From Betaproteobacteria bacterium (GTDB lineage: Bacteria > Pseudomonadota > Gammaproteobacteria > Burkholderiales > Burkholderiaceae_C): DNA of 64,000 nucleotides. This document shows, one piece after another, positions 9,016 to 19,273 of this stretch. The notes under the pieces are model-generated. The model saw only the letters and a list, made by a program, of their open reading frames with translations. It ran no database searches and had not been told where the DNA came from. The number at the start of each line of letters is the position of its first letter. Within the stretch, counting starts at the first letter, position 1. The stretch covers positions 2,211-66,210 of the forward strand of contig RGCL01000006.1 of the NCBI GenBank assembly GCA_009919175.1. The letters run 5' to 3'. The position numbers were made by a program, and so were the translations under genes.

Positions 9016-10420
9016 GGTCTTGAACGCTTTGCGCGACATCGTTGGCGCCAAGCAGGTGCTCATCGATGCCGACTGCCAACCCTTTGAAACCGACTGGCGC
9101 AAGCGCGTGACGGGCAAGGCCTTGTGTGTAGTGAGGCCTGCCAACACCCAGGAAGTGGCCGACATCGTCAAGGCCTGCGTGAGGCATGGCGTGAGCATCG
9201 TGCCCCAGGGCGGCAACACTGGCATGGTGGTGGGCGCCGTGCCCGATGCCAGTGGAGAGCAAGTGGTGCTGAGCCTGCAACGGCTCCACCGCATTCGCCA
9301 CCTCGACCCTGCCAATGCCACGATCACCGCCGAGGCCGGGGTGATCCTGCAACAGTTGCAAGTCGCGGCCAGTGAACAGGGCTTGCTCTATCCCTTGAGC
9401 CTGGGCTCACAGGGCAGCTGCACGCTGGGGGGCAACCTCTCGACCAACGCGGGTGGTACCCAGGTGGTTCGTTATGGCAACACGCGCGAGCTGTGCCTGG
9501 GGCTGGAGGTGGTGACCGCCGATGGCGAGATCTGGCAGGGGCTCAGCGGCTTGCGCAAGGACAACACCGGCTACGACCTGCGCGACCTCTTCATTGGCGC
9601 CGAGGGAACGCTGGGCATCATCACAGCCGCCACCATGAAGCTCTTTCCCAAGCCGCGTTGCCAGCTCACGGCCTGGGCCACGGTGGACTCGGTGCAGCAT
9701 GCCGTGCGCTTGCTGGAGCTCGCTCGCGCCAGGCTCAATGCAGGCCTCACCGGCTTTGAGATGATGAATCAGTTTTCCATGAGCCTGGTGGACAAGCACT
9801 TCCCCGAGCGGCGGGTGCCCTTGTGGCGCGAAGCCCCCTACTGTGTGCTGCTTGAACTCTCGGACATGGAGTCCGAGGACCACGCGCGCCACAGCCTAGA
9901 GGGCTTGCTCGAAGAGGCCATGGGCGAAGGCTGTGTGGGCAATGCCATCGTTGCCGAGAACCTGAGCCAGGCGCAAAACCTGTGGCTGATCCGCGAGAAC
10001 ATCACCATGGCACAGGCCAATGAGGGGCTCAACATCAAGCACGACATTTCCCTGCCAGTGTCGGCCATCGCCGACTTTTGCGCGCACACCGATGCCGCGC
10101 TGGCGCGCGAAATTCCCGGCGTGCGGCTGGTCAACTTTGGCCACTTGGGAGACGGCAACTTGCACTACAACGTGCAGTGCCCGGCCGATGTGCCGCATCA
10201 AGTGTTTTTGGAACGCGAGGAAGCCCGGGTCAATGCACTGGTCAACAACGCGGTCAAGCAGTTCCATGGCTCCATCAGCGCCGAGCATGGCATTGGCAGC
10301 CTCAAGGTCGACACCCTGCCCAAATACAAAGACCCTGTGGCCCTCGCCCTCATGCGGCGCATCAAGCAGGCGCTGGACCCCAAGGGCTTGCTCAATCCAG
10401 GGCGGGTGATCCGGGTCTGA
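9008..10420 (+). CDS. FAD-binding oxidoreductase (D-2-hydroxyacid dehydrogenase/GlcD-like)
   Basis: PQGGNTG, GGNLSTNAGG, GAEGTLGIIT, GHLGDGNLH, SAEHGIG. Confidence 0.9.
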   Translation: MSEVLNALRDIVGAKQVLIDADCQPFETDWRKRVTGKALCVVRPANTQEVADIVKACVRHGVSIVPQGGNTGMVVGAVPDASGEQVVLSLQRLHRIRHLDPANATITAEAGVILQQLQVAASEQGLLYPLSLGSQGSCTLGGNLSTNAGGTQVVRYGNTRELCLGLEVVTADGEIWQGLSGLRKDNTGYDLRDLFIGAEGTLGIITAATMKLFPKPRCQLTAWATVDSVQHAVRLLELARARLNAGLTGFEMMNQFSMSLVDKHFPERRVPLWREAPYCVLLELSDMESEDHARHSLEGLLEEAMGEGCVGNAIVAENLSQAQNLWLIRENITMAQANEGLNIKHDISLPVSAIADFCAHTDAALAREIPGVRLVNFGHLGDGNLHYNVQCPADVPHQVFLEREEARVNALVNNAVKQFHGSISAEHGIGSLKVDTLPKYKDPVALALMRRIKQALDPKGLLNPGRVIRV

Positions 10421-10460
10421 GCTTAAGATTTGGTTTTCTTTGTACGCCTGATTGCCCACC

Positions 10461-10874
10461 ATGAAAATCACCGTCCAAACCCTGGTCCAAGCCCCAATTG
10501 CCCGCGTCTGGCAGGCCTACACCACCCCGCAAGACATCGTGCAGTGGAATGCGGCCTCTGACGACTGGCACACCACCCAGGCCAGCGTGGATTTGCGCGA
10601 GGGCGGCTCGTTTTCCTCGCGCATGGAAGCCAAGGACGGCAGTTTCGGATTTGACTTCGCAGGCACCTACACCCGCGTGGTCCCGCATGAACTCATTGCC
10701 TACAGCTTTGGCGATCGCACCGCCCAGGTCGAATTTGTGCCGGGCGCCGAGGGCCATGCGGGCGTCACGGTGCGGGTGACGTTTGATGCCGAAACCCTGC
10801 ACCCCGTGGAGCAGCAACGCGAGGGCTGGCAAGCCATCCTCAACAACTTTGCCCGGCACGTGCACGCCCATTGA
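10461..10874 (+). CDS. SRPBCC (AHA1/START-like) family protein
   Basis: WNAASDDWH...[19 protein letters not shown]; [13 protein letters not shown]. Confidence 0.82.
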   Translation: MKITVQTLVQAPIARVWQAYTTPQDIVQWNAASDDWHTTQASVDLREGGSFSSRMEAKDGSFGFDFAGTYTRVVPHELIAYSFGDRTAQVEFVPGAEGHAGVTVRVTFDAETLHPVEQQREGWQAILNNFARHVHAH

Positions 10875-10917
10875 AGCCGTGAGGGGCGCACGCTGCCTTG
10901 CCGATAAACTCCGCCTC

Positions 10918-11757
10918 ATGAACACGCCTCAACGCCCCATTCGCCAGCAGTACGAAGATTTCATGCGTCACGTGTTTGAGCATGGTGTGCCCAAGACCGA
11001 CCGCACGGGCACGGGCACGCTCAGCGTGTTTGGCCATCAGATGCGCTTTGACCTGCGCGAAGGCTTTCCCCTGGTGACCACCAAAAAAGTTCACCTCAAA
11101 TCCATCATTTACGAATTGCTGTGGTTTTTGCAGGGCTCGAGCAACAACCAGTGGCTGCGCGAGCGCGGCGTGACGATCTGGGATGAATGGGCTCGCCCCG
11201 ACGGCGACCTCGGACCGGTGTATGGCGTGCAGTGGCGCAGCTGGCCCAAGCCCGATGGCACGCACATCGACCAGATTTCGCAGGTGGTCCAGACCCTCAA
11301 GACCAATCCCGATTCACGCCGCATCATCGTGAGCGCCTGGAATGTGGCTCAGCTCGACCAGATGGCGCTCATGCCCTGCCACGCGTTTTTCCAGTTCTAC
11401 GTCGCTCCCCCGCAAGCCGCAGGTGAGCGCGGCAAGCTCTCTTGCCAGCTCTACCAGCGCAGCGCCGACATTTTCCTGGGGGTGCCTTTCAACATCGCCA
11501 GCTACGCGCTGCTCACCCACATGCTGGCCCAGCAGTGTGACCTTGATGTGGGTGACTTCATCTGGACGGGTGGTGACTGCCACATCTACAACAACCACTT
11601 TGACCAGGTGCGCGAGCAACTCTCCCGCCAGCCCTTTGCCTATCCCACGCTCCACATCCGGCGCCAACCCGCTGACCTCTTCTCGTATGAGTTTGAGGAT
11701 TTCGAGGTGCAGGACTACCAGTGCCATGCGGCCATCAAGGCCCCCGTGGCCGTCTGA
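10918..11757 (+). CDS. thyA: Thymidylate synthase
   Basis: [41 protein letters not shown]. Confidence 0.97.
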   Translation: MNTPQRPIRQQYEDFMRHVFEHGVPKTDRTGTGTLSVFGHQMRFDLREGFPLVTTKKVHLKSIIYELLWFLQGSSNNQWLRERGVTIWDEWARPDGDLGPVYGVQWRSWPKPDGTHIDQISQVVQTLKTNPDSRRIIVSAWNVAQLDQMALMPCHAFFQFYVAPPQAAGERGKLSCQLYQRSADIFLGVPFNIASYALLTHMLAQQCDLDVGDFIWTGGDCHIYNNHFDQVREQLSRQPFAYPTLHIRRQPADLFSYEFEDFEVQDYQCHAAIKAPVAV

Positions 11758-11796
11758 AGCCCCAGCCCCGTCTGCTGGCTTGCCGCGACCCCCACG

Positions 11797-12309
11797 ATGA
11801 ACATCAACCTGATCTGGGCGCAGTCCACCAACGGCATCATTGGCCAGGACGGAACCATGCCGTGGCACTTGCCCGAGGACTTGGCCCATTTCAGGGCGCT
11901 CACCCTGAGCCACCCCGTGATCATGGGGCGCAAGACCTGGGACTCCCTGCCCGAGCGCTTCAGGCCCTTGCCCAAGCGCACCAACATCGTGGTGACGCGC
12001 CAGGCCGACTGGGCGCCACATCACCCAGCGGTGCGCCGGGCAGACTCGGTCGCAGCGGCCTTGTCACCGCAGCTCGTGGGCGCCGATGTGAACGAGGTCT
12101 GGGTGATCGGCGGCGGACAAATCTATCAACAGTGCCTGCCCTTTGCCACGCGCGCTGAGGTCACCGAAATCCATGGCGACTTTGCGGGCGACACCCGGGC
12201 ACCATCGCTAGACCCCCGCCAATGGCAGGAAGTCAGCCGCGAGGCTCATACCTCTTCAGCGGGCTTGCGTTTTGATTTTGTGAGCCACCGGCGCGTCCAG
12301 GCCGCTTGA
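11797..12309 (+). CDS. folA: Dihydrofolate reductase
   Basis: MPWHLPEDLAHFR, VIMGRKTWDSL, RPLPKRTNIV, VIGGGQIY. Confidence 0.95.
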   Translation: MNINLIWAQSTNGIIGQDGTMPWHLPEDLAHFRALTLSHPVIMGRKTWDSLPERFRPLPKRTNIVVTRQADWAPHHPAVRRADSVAAALSPQLVGADVNEVWVIGGGQIYQQCLPFATRAEVTEIHGDFAGDTRAPSLDPRQWQEVSREAHTSSAGLRFDFVSHRRVQAA

Positions 12310-13205
12310 GTGTGGCGCCAACCCTGCGGCGCCAGATAAGCCACGACGAGCAGACACGCCCCTTGCAGCGCCCAAGGCATGGACGGTGACCATTCGCCCG
12401 CCCAATTGGGCACAAACTGCACAAAGGCCGCGCCCAGCCACAAGCCACTGAGCAGCCCCACACCCGACACCGCCAAACCCACGAGCAGGGTGATGGACAA
12501 GAAGGCCGAATAAGCATCCGGCGACACAAAACCCACCCAGGCTGCGCCCAGGCCACCCGCCAGGCTGGTGAGGGCGCCCGAGATCGCAAAGGCGCACACC
12601 TTCAAAGGCGTGAGGTTCACGCCCAGGGCTTCAAGGGCTTGCGGGTGGTCGCGCAAGGCTTGCAAGGCCAGCCCCCAATGCCGCTGGCGAGCCCATCGCT
12701 CCAATGCCATGCAAGCTGCCAGCAACAGGACCAGCCCCAGGGTGTAGAGGCGTGCACGGTCTGAGGCCGTGTCAAAGGCCAACCAGGTGAGGCCTTGCGA
12801 GCCGCCCGTCCACGCGCCCAGGCCTGGTGCCTTGAGGACCTGTGGCCAGGCCGCCGCCAAGGCAAAGGTCGCCAAGGCCAGCAAATGACCCGACAAGCGC
12901 CCAGCCACCCAGGCCATGAGCGCGCCCAGCGCCGCCCCCATCAACGTGGCGGCCAGCAAGCTCAGCGCCAGCGGCCAATGCAGGTGGACCGCCGTCATGG
13001 CCGCCACATACGCCCCGCATCCCAACCAAGCCCCATGCCCGATGGAGATCATGCCGCCCAGGCCGGTGAGCACATGCAAGCCCAGCAATGCGAGGACCAT
13101 GACCATCCACAGGTTGAACTGAAACAGGTGAAAGTCCCCCAGGGTCCAGGGTGCGATCAGCAGCCCTGCCCAAAAGACTCCGCCAAGCTGGGTGACCCAA
13201 CGCAT
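12246..13205 (-). CDS. livM: Branched-chain amino acid ABC permease, LivM-like
   Basis: LTGLGGMISIGHGA, TGGSQG, KVCAFAISGALTSLAGGL; 3' end overlaps the folA 3' end. Confidence 0.8.
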   Translation of the reverse strand: MRWVTQLGGVFWAGLLIAPWTLGDFHLFQFNLWMVMVLALLGLHVLTGLGGMISIGHGAWLGCGAYVAAMTAVHLHWPLALSLLAATLMGAALGALMAWVAGRLSGHLLALATFALAAAWPQVLKAPGLGAWTGGSQGLTWLAFDTASDRARLYTLGLVLLLAACMALERWARQRHWGLALQALRDHPQALEALGVNLTPLKVCAFAISGALTSLAGGLGAAWVGFVSPDAYSAFLSITLLVGLAVSGVGLLSGLWLGAAFVQFVPNWAGEWSPSMPWALQGACLLVVAYLAPQGWRHTQAAWTRRWLTKSKRKPAEEV

Positions 13206-14083
13206 CAGTGCGCCCTCCCCGGGGCGGTGCCCAGCAACCCTTGAGGCCGCAAGGCCAGCACGAGTACGATGAGCAGCAAGGCCATGGGTTGCTTGAGTTC
13301 ATGGCCCACCACAAAGGCGCCCAACCAGTTGTCCAGCACGCCCACCACCAAGCCCCCCAGCACGGCGCCCGGCGGGCTGTTCAAGCCACCCAGCACGGCC
13401 GCCGCAAAGGCATAGAGCAGCACGTTCATCATCATGTTGGGCTCCAGGTACACCATGGGTGCGATCAACACCCCTGCTACCGCACCCACCATGGCAGCCA
13501 AGCCCCAACCCCAGGCCAGCATCCACGACACTGGCAGGCCCAGCCAGCGCGCAGCCTCGGGGTGCTGCGCCGCTGCACGCAGGGCCAGACCCCAGCGGGT
13601 GAATCTGAAAAACACATAGACCCACGCCATCATGACTAGGGTCACCGCGACCACCCCCAATTGATGGCCCGTCCACCACGGCAGGGCAGCCAGGCCTTGC
13701 TGCGGAAAAGGACTCGCAAAGCCTTTGAGCATGTGCCCCCATTGCCAGGACATGAACGCATGGAAAACCATGAGCAGCCCCACGAACACCATCACCTGCG
13801 TGAGCAAGGGCGCGCGTTCAACCGGGCGCAGGCACAAGCGATGCACCACCACCCCCATGATCAGACTCAACACCAAGGTGAGCGCCAAGGCCAGGACCAG
13901 CGGCAAACCCGCTTGCATCAGGCTCCAGGCCAAGAAGGTGGACAGGGTGGCCATTTCGCCTTGCGCGAAATTGATGTGGTGGGTGGTGCGGTGGATCATC
14001 ACCAGCGCCAAGGCCAGGCTGGCGTAAATGAAGCCGTTGGCCAAGCCCGCCGCAGTTTGAAGCACCCAGGCATCGCTGAACAT
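13205..14083 (-). CDS. livH: Branched-chain amino acid ABC permease, LivH-like
   Basis: GLANGFIYASLALAL, INFAQGE, AFAAAVLGGLNSPPGA, RPQGLLG. Confidence 0.85.
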   Translation of the reverse strand: MFSDAWVLQTAAGLANGFIYASLALALVMIHRTTHHINFAQGEMATLSTFLAWSLMQAGLPLVLALALTLVLSLIMGVVVHRLCLRPVERAPLLTQVMVFVGLLMVFHAFMSWQWGHMLKGFASPFPQQGLAALPWWTGHQLGVVAVTLVMMAWVYVFFRFTRWGLALRAAAQHPEAARWLGLPVSWMLAWGWGLAAMVGAVAGVLIAPMVYLEPNMMMNVLLYAFAAAVLGGLNSPPGAVLGGLVVGVLDNWLGAFVVGHELKQPMALLLIVLVLALRPQGLLGTAPGRAH

Positions 14084-14087
14084 GGCG

Positions 14088-14801
14088 TCAGGCTCCGAGG
14101 TAGGCGCGGCGCAGCGCCGCATCGCGTTGCACGGCTTTGGCCTCGCCCGCGCAGGCCACCCGGCCCATGTGCAAGACCACGGCATCGTGCGCCAGCTCCA
14201 GCGCCAGGGCGGCACTTTGCTCCACCAACAAGATGGTGAGCCCCTGGCTTTCGTTGAGCGTGCGCAGCCATGCATAGACCTCGGCCACGACTTTGGGGGC
14301 AAGCCCCAATGCGGGCTCATCGAGCACCAACAGTTGAGGGCGCATCATCATGGCGCGGGCCAAGGCCAGCATCTGCTGTTCACCGCCCGACAAATCCCCC
14401 GCGCGCTGGGTGTGCCTGAGCGCCAGCTGGGGGAAGCGTTGCAACCACAAGTCCACATCGGCCTGCACTTCGCGCTGGGGAGCACGCCGTGGCCATGCGC
14501 CCAGAATCAGGTTCTCTTCCACCGTGAGGCTGCCCAGCGTGCCACGGCCTTGCGGCACATGGGCCAAGCCCAAGGCGGCAATGGCTTCGGTGGACTGGTG
14601 CATGAGGGATTGACCTTGCCAGTGCACCTCGCCCTGGCACGACACAGCCTGGAAGATGGCGCGCAGCGTGGTGGTCTTGCCCGCCCCATTGGCACCCAGG
14701 AGCGCAAGGATGCGACCCGGCTTGAGCGTGAGATCGATGCCGTGCAGCACGGGGGCATCACCATACTGTGCCTGCAAGCCCCTCACCTCAAGCCCAGCCA
14801 T
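14088..14801 (-). CDS. livF: ABC ATP-binding protein, LivF-like
   Basis: GANGAGKTT, LSGGEQQMLALAR, LVLDEP.LGLAP. Confidence 0.88.
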   Translation of the reverse strand: MAGLEVRGLQAQYGDAPVLHGIDLTLKPGRILALLGANGAGKTTTLRAIFQAVSCQGEVHWQGQSLMHQSTEAIAALGLAHVPQGRGTLGSLTVEENLILGAWPRRAPQREVQADVDLWLQRFPQLALRHTQRAGDLSGGEQQMLALARAMMMRPQLLVLDEPALGLAPKVVAEVYAWLRTLNESQGLTILLVEQSAALALELAHDAVVLHMGRVACAGEAKAVQRDAALRRAYLGA

Positions 14802-15567
14802 GGGTTGCCTCCCCCAAATAGGCCGCGATCACAGCCGGGTGCTGGCGCACGAGCTCGGGACTGCCCTGGGCGATGACGCGGCCCTGATCCAGGACCCAGC
14901 AGGCATCGCTGATGGGCCAGATCCACTGCAAGCGATGCTCGATCAGGAGCACCGAGGCTTTGAGCCTGGTGCGCAGGCTTTGCAGCGCGCCCACCATGCG
15001 TTGCCAATCGGCCTCGGTCTGACCCGCCGCAGGTTCGTCGAGCAACATCACCAGCGGCTGGGCCACCAGACAGCGCGCCAGCTCGACACGGCGCTGAAGG
15101 CTCTGTCCCAATTCACCCGCACGGGTGGACAAAATGCTGGCCAGGTCCAGCTGATCGATGACCTCCTCCATCCAGTCTTGGACGGGCAACCGGGGCTTAC
15201 GTTGGGTGCGCAAAGGGTGGGTGGCCAACTGCAAGTGGTCTTGCACGGTCAAGTGTTGAAACACCGCCGCCTGTTGCGCCATGCGCACCAAGCCCAGGCC
15301 AGCCAAGGTGTGCGGCGGCATCCCCAGCAGGGATTGACCCCGCCAAACGATGCGCCCCGACTGCACGGGCACCGCTGCTGTCAGCGCCTGAAAGAGCGTG
15401 GTCTTGCCCGCGCCATTGGGACCGATGAGGGCGACCACGGTTTCGGGCATCAGCGTCAGACTCACTGAGTCCAAGGCCTGCACACCGCCATAAGCCACAC
15501 ACAGGTCCACCACCGACAGGACGGGCGCGTCGTCAGGCGTGGCCAGGGGCAGGTGGGCGGCAGTCAT
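14788..15567 (-). CDS. livG: ABC ATP-binding protein, LivG-like
   Basis: GPNGAGKTT, QRRVELAR, LLDEPAAG, IEH, VIAAYLG. Confidence 0.83.
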   Translation of the reverse strand: MTAAHLPLATPDDAPVLSVVDLCVAYGGVQALDSVSLTLMPETVVALIGPNGAGKTTLFQALTAAVPVQSGRIVWRGQSLLGMPPHTLAGLGLVRMAQQAAVFQHLTVQDHLQLATHPLRTQRKPRLPVQDWMEEVIDQLDLASILSTRAGELGQSLQRRVELARCLVAQPLVMLLDEPAAGQTEADWQRMVGALQSLRTRLKASVLLIEHRLQWIWPISDACWVLDQGRVIAQGSPELVRQHPAVIAAYLGEATHGWA

Positions 15568-15668
15568 GGCGCTATTTGACCAGCAACTTGACCCGCAAGC
15601 TGCCCCCACACTCACCGCGCTGCCCGGGCTTTCTACAATGCGCCACTGTCAACAAAGCCCCTGAACAC

Positions 15669-16463
15669 ATGAACACCTTGCGCCTGGCCACCTGGAACGT
15701 CAACTCCCTGCGCGTGCGCCTGCCCCAGCTGTGGGACTGGCTGGACCTGACCGAGCCCGAGGGCGGTATTCAGCTCATGGGGCTGCAAGAAACCAAGACC
15801 GAGGATGCGGCCTTTCCCTGGGAGGACTTCGAGTCCTGCGACTGGCATGTGGCGCACCATGGACAAAAAACCTACAACGGCGTGGCGCTGGTGTCGCGCG
15901 AGCCCCTGAGCGATGTGGTGCGCAATCTGCCTGGCTTGGAAGACGAACAGGCCCGCGTCATCACGGCCACCACGTTGGGGCTGCGGGTGATCTGCGCTTA
16001 TTTCCCCAACGGTCAAGCACCCGACTCTGACAAGTTCCAATACAAGCTGCGCTGGCTCGAGGCCCTCAAAGCCCATGTGCGCGATCAACTCGCACAGCAC
16101 CCCAGGCTGGTGTTGATGGGCGACTTCAACATCACGCGCGACGAGAACGATGTGTACGACCCCGTTGAACTCGCAGGCACCATCCACTGCACCGACATCG
16201 AGCGGCAGGCGTTTTCAGACTTGCTGGACTTGGGCTTTCACGATGCCCTGCGGCTCTTTCACTCCGAGCCGCAGCAATTCAGCTGGTGGGACTACCGCGC
16301 GGCTGCATTTCGGCGCAACCGGGGCTTGCGCATTGACCATGTGCTGGTGAGTGAGGCGCTCAAGCCCGAGGCCAGCGACTGCGTCATCGACAAGCGCCCT
16401 CGCACCTTCGAGCGCCCCAGCGATCACACGCCCGTGGTGCTGAGCCTGGTCAAGGCGCCCTGA
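15669..16463 (+). CDS. xth: Exodeoxyribonuclease III
   Basis: ATWNVNS, LQETK, YNGVA, GDFN, FSWWDYR, RIDH, SDH. Confidence 0.95.
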   Translation: MNTLRLATWNVNSLRVRLPQLWDWLDLTEPEGGIQLMGLQETKTEDAAFPWEDFESCDWHVAHHGQKTYNGVALVSREPLSDVVRNLPGLEDEQARVITATTLGLRVICAYFPNGQAPDSDKFQYKLRWLEALKAHVRDQLAQHPRLVLMGDFNITRDENDVYDPVELAGTIHCTDIERQAFSDLLDLGFHDALRLFHSEPQQFSWWDYRAAAFRRNRGLRIDHVLVSEALKPEASDCVIDKRPRTFERPSDHTPVVLSLVKAP

Positions 16464-16473
16464 AGCCTTGGCT

Positions 16474-18093
16474 TCAGACCTGGGCGTCCATGCCCAGCTC
16501 CTGGATTTTCCGGGTGAGCGTATTGCGGCCAATGCCCAGCTTGAGCGAGGCCTCAATGCGACGACCCCGCGTGGTGGACAAAGCCGCTTCGATGAGCGTG
16601 CGCTCAAAGCGTTGCGTCAAGGTGTCCCACACATCGGTGCGCCCCGTCCTGAGCAAGGCCAGGGCATGGGTGCGCAAGTCCGTTTGCCAGGCGGCATCGT
16701 CACTGAGCTCGCTGCCGTCGCTCAGGGTGCTGGCGGGGGTGCCCGCTGCGATCTCTGCGCCGCCAGGCCACGGCGTTGACCCGGCCATGGGCGCGGTGTG
16801 AATCACTTCACCGCCCCCGTGCAAGCCGTCAAGGACGACGCCCGCCTGAAGAGCCGGGGCCACTGCTGCAGCAGGCACAGCCAATACCGGGCTGCTTGCG
16901 CTCAGCGAAGCAACGTCCTGCGCAGCTGGCGAAGGCTGCAGCACCTCGGGGGGTAAATCCTTGACATCGATTTGCTGCATGGGTGCCATGACGGTGAGCC
17001 AGTGGCAGATGTTTTCGAGTTGGCGCACATTGCCCGGAAAGCCAAATCGCAACAGGTGCTGCAAGGCGGGATCGGACAAGCGCTTGGGCTCCACACCCAA
17101 TTGCTGGGCGCTGCGGGCCAAAAAGTGGCGGGTGAGCAAGGGGATGTCCTCTTGCCGTTCACGCAGGGCGGGCAAGCGGATGCGAATGACATTGAGACGG
17201 TGAAACAAGTCTTCGCGGAACAGGCCTTCTCGCACACGCTTTTCCAGGTCCTGGTGGGTGGCTGCAATCACGCGCACATTGGCCTTGATGGCCTGGTGGC
17301 CGCCCACGCGGTAGAAGTGCCCGTCACTGAGCACCCGCAACAAACGGGTTTGCAGGTCAAAGGGCATGTCACCGATTTCGTCGAGAAAGAGTGTGCCGCC
17401 ATCGGCTTGCTCAAAGCGGCCACGGCGCATGGTCTGCGCGCCAGTGAAGGCACCACGCTCATGGCCAAAGAGTTCGCTCTCGAGCAGGTCTTTGGGGATG
17501 GCCGCGGTGTTGATGGCGACAAACGCGCCATCGGAGCGTGGGGAATGCTGGTGCAAGGCCCGCGCGACCAACTCCTTGCCACTGCCCGACTCGCCCGTGA
17601 TGAGGACGGTGACGTGGCTGGAGCTCAAACGCCCAATGGCGCGAAACACATCTTGCATGACCGGCGCCTGACCCAGCATTTCGGTGGCTGAATCCAGGGA
17701 CTCGGTGCTGCCGCTGTGTCGCTCGCTCTCGGACAAGGCGCGCTGAATCAGCTCCACGGCCTTGGTCAGATCAAAGGGCTTGGGCAGGTACTCGAATGCA
17801 CCGCCTTGGAAGGCCGACACCGCGCTGTCCAGATCCGAATAGGCGGTCATGATGATGATGGGCAGCTTGGGCATGCGCTGCTTGAGGGTTTGCAGCAAGG
17901 CCAGCCCCGTGGTGCCGGGCATGCGGATGTCGCTGATCACGACGCTGGGCACTTCTCCCTCGTCCGCGTCGAGCGCCGCAATGACCTCGTGCGGATTGGT
18001 GAAGCTGCGCGTGGGCAACGATGCCTTGAGCAACGCCTTTTCAAGGACAAAACGAATGGACTGATCATCGTCCACGATCCAGATGGGTCTCAT
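16474..18093 (-). CDS. ntrC: Nitrogen regulation protein NR(I), sigma54 activator
   Basis: Receiver WIVDDD, GESGSGKE, GAFTGA, C-terminal LGIGRNTLTRK Fis-type HTH. Confidence 0.95.
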   Translation of the reverse strand: MRPIWIVDDDQSIRFVLEKALLKASLPTRSFTNPHEVIAALDADEGEVPSVVISDIRMPGTTGLALLQTLKQRMPKLPIIIMTAYSDLDSAVSAFQGGAFEYLPKPFDLTKAVELIQRALSESERHSGSTESLDSATEMLGQAPVMQDVFRAIGRLSSSHVTVLITGESGSGKELVARALHQHSPRSDGAFVAINTAAIPKDLLESELFGHERGAFTGAQTMRRGRFEQADGGTLFLDEIGDMPFDLQTRLLRVLSDGHFYRVGGHQAIKANVRVIAATHQDLEKRVREGLFREDLFHRLNVIRIRLPALRERQEDIPLLTRHFLARSAQQLGVEPKRLSDPALQHLLRFGFPGNVRQLENICHWLTVMAPMQQIDVKDLPPEVLQPSPAAQDVASLSASSPVLAVPAAAVAPALQAGVVLDGLHGGGEVIHTAPMAGSTPWPGGAEIAAGTPASTLSDGSELSDDAAWQTDLRTHALALLRTGRTDVWDTLTQRFERTLIEAALSTTRGRRIEASLKLGIGRNTLTRKIQELGMDAQV

Positions 18094-18130
18094 GCGCATG
18101 GCCTTTTGAAATGGGGTCGAGTCCAACTGC

Positions 18131-19207
18131 TCAACCGATGGGAATCAACAATTTGAAATCGGTACATCCTGGTGCACTCTCGAACTCGATGAGCCCCTGA
18201 TGCTGTTGGACGAAGGTTTGAGCCAGGTGCAACCCCAGACCCGAACCTCCGTCTCGTCCAGAAACGAGGGGGTAAAACAGGCGGTCCCGAAGTTCCACAG
18301 GAATACCAGGGCCGTTGTCGATGACATGCAATTCCAGTGCCAGTCGGTGGCGTTGAGCGCCAATGTTGATCTGGCGGCTCACCCGCGTGACAAAGCGGAT
18401 CACCGCGCGGTGGTGCTCGCGCTCCTGTGCCAGGGCCAAGGCTGCGTTGTGGGCGATGTTGAGCACAGCCTGAATCAGTTGCTCCAGGTCGCCCTGGAAC
18501 TCGGGGATGGAGGTGTCGTAGTCGCGAACAATGCGCAAGCCCGTGGGGAATTCGGCCAGGATCAGGGAGCGAACCCGCTCGCACACCTCGTGGATGTTGA
18601 CCTGGCTGAGTTGTCTGGCTCGTCGATGGGGAGCGAGCAGGCGATCGACCAGGGTTTGCAGCCGGTCGGCCTCACGCACGATGACCTGGGTGTATTCCAT
18701 CAGGTCTTTGGAGGGCAGCTCCATTTCCAGCAATTGCGCTGCACCCCGGATGCCGCCCAGCGGATTTTTGATTTCATGCGCCAGATTGCGGATCAGCTCC
18801 TTGTTGGCGGCAGCCTGGTTGCGCAGCCTGGCCTCTTTTTCCTGCCGCAGCTGGATGTCCAGCGGCACACATTCGGCGATGAATTCACCGCTGTGGTGCA
18901 CCCAGGTGAGCACCACGTGCACCGCCATGGGCTCGATGTCCACGCCATGCAAATGGGCGTCAAAGCGCATGGCGCTGGCTTGCTCGGCCATCAAGGCCTG
19001 ACGGGCACGTTCGAGGTCGTCCTGTTCGAGCAGCAGCTGCGACCAGGCCTTGCCCAGCAAGGCCTTGCGGGCATAGCCCAACTGGTCTTCCATGGACGTG
19101 TTGACATAGGAGATGAGGCCCTGGGCATTGGTCACCACCACCAGGGTGGCTAAGGCATCGAAGGCCTGCCAACGTGGTGGGATGTCATCTGCCAAAGCCG
19201 TGCCCAT
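18131..19207 (-). CDS. ntrB: Nitrogen regulation histidine kinase NR(II)
   Basis: PAS domain, LAHEIKNPLGGIRGAAQLL, DNGPG, GSGLGL. Confidence 0.95.
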   Translation of the reverse strand: MGTALADDIPPRWQAFDALATLVVVTNAQGLISYVNTSMEDQLGYARKALLGKAWSQLLLEQDDLERARQALMAEQASAMRFDAHLHGVDIEPMAVHVVLTWVHHSGEFIAECVPLDIQLRQEKEARLRNQAAANKELIRNLAHEIKNPLGGIRGAAQLLEMELPSKDLMEYTQVIVREADRLQTLVDRLLAPHRRARQLSQVNIHEVCERVRSLILAEFPTGLRIVRDYDTSIPEFQGDLEQLIQAVLNIAHNAALALAQEREHHRAVIRFVTRVSRQINIGAQRHRLALELHVIDNGPGIPVELRDRLFYPLVSGRDGGSGLGLHLAQTFVQQHQGLIEFESAPGCTDFKLLIPIG

Positions 19208-19221
19208 GTTCAGTTCTCCAG

Positions 19222-19248
19222 AAAAAAAGGACGGCCTGGGCCGTCCTT
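19222..19248 (-). terminator. Intrinsic terminator between glnA and ntrB
   Basis: Minus strand AAGGACGGCC-CA-GGCCGTCC followed by T7. Confidence 0.8.
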
Positions 19249-19273
19249 GGGTGTGTACCGCTTGGCCCCGGAA

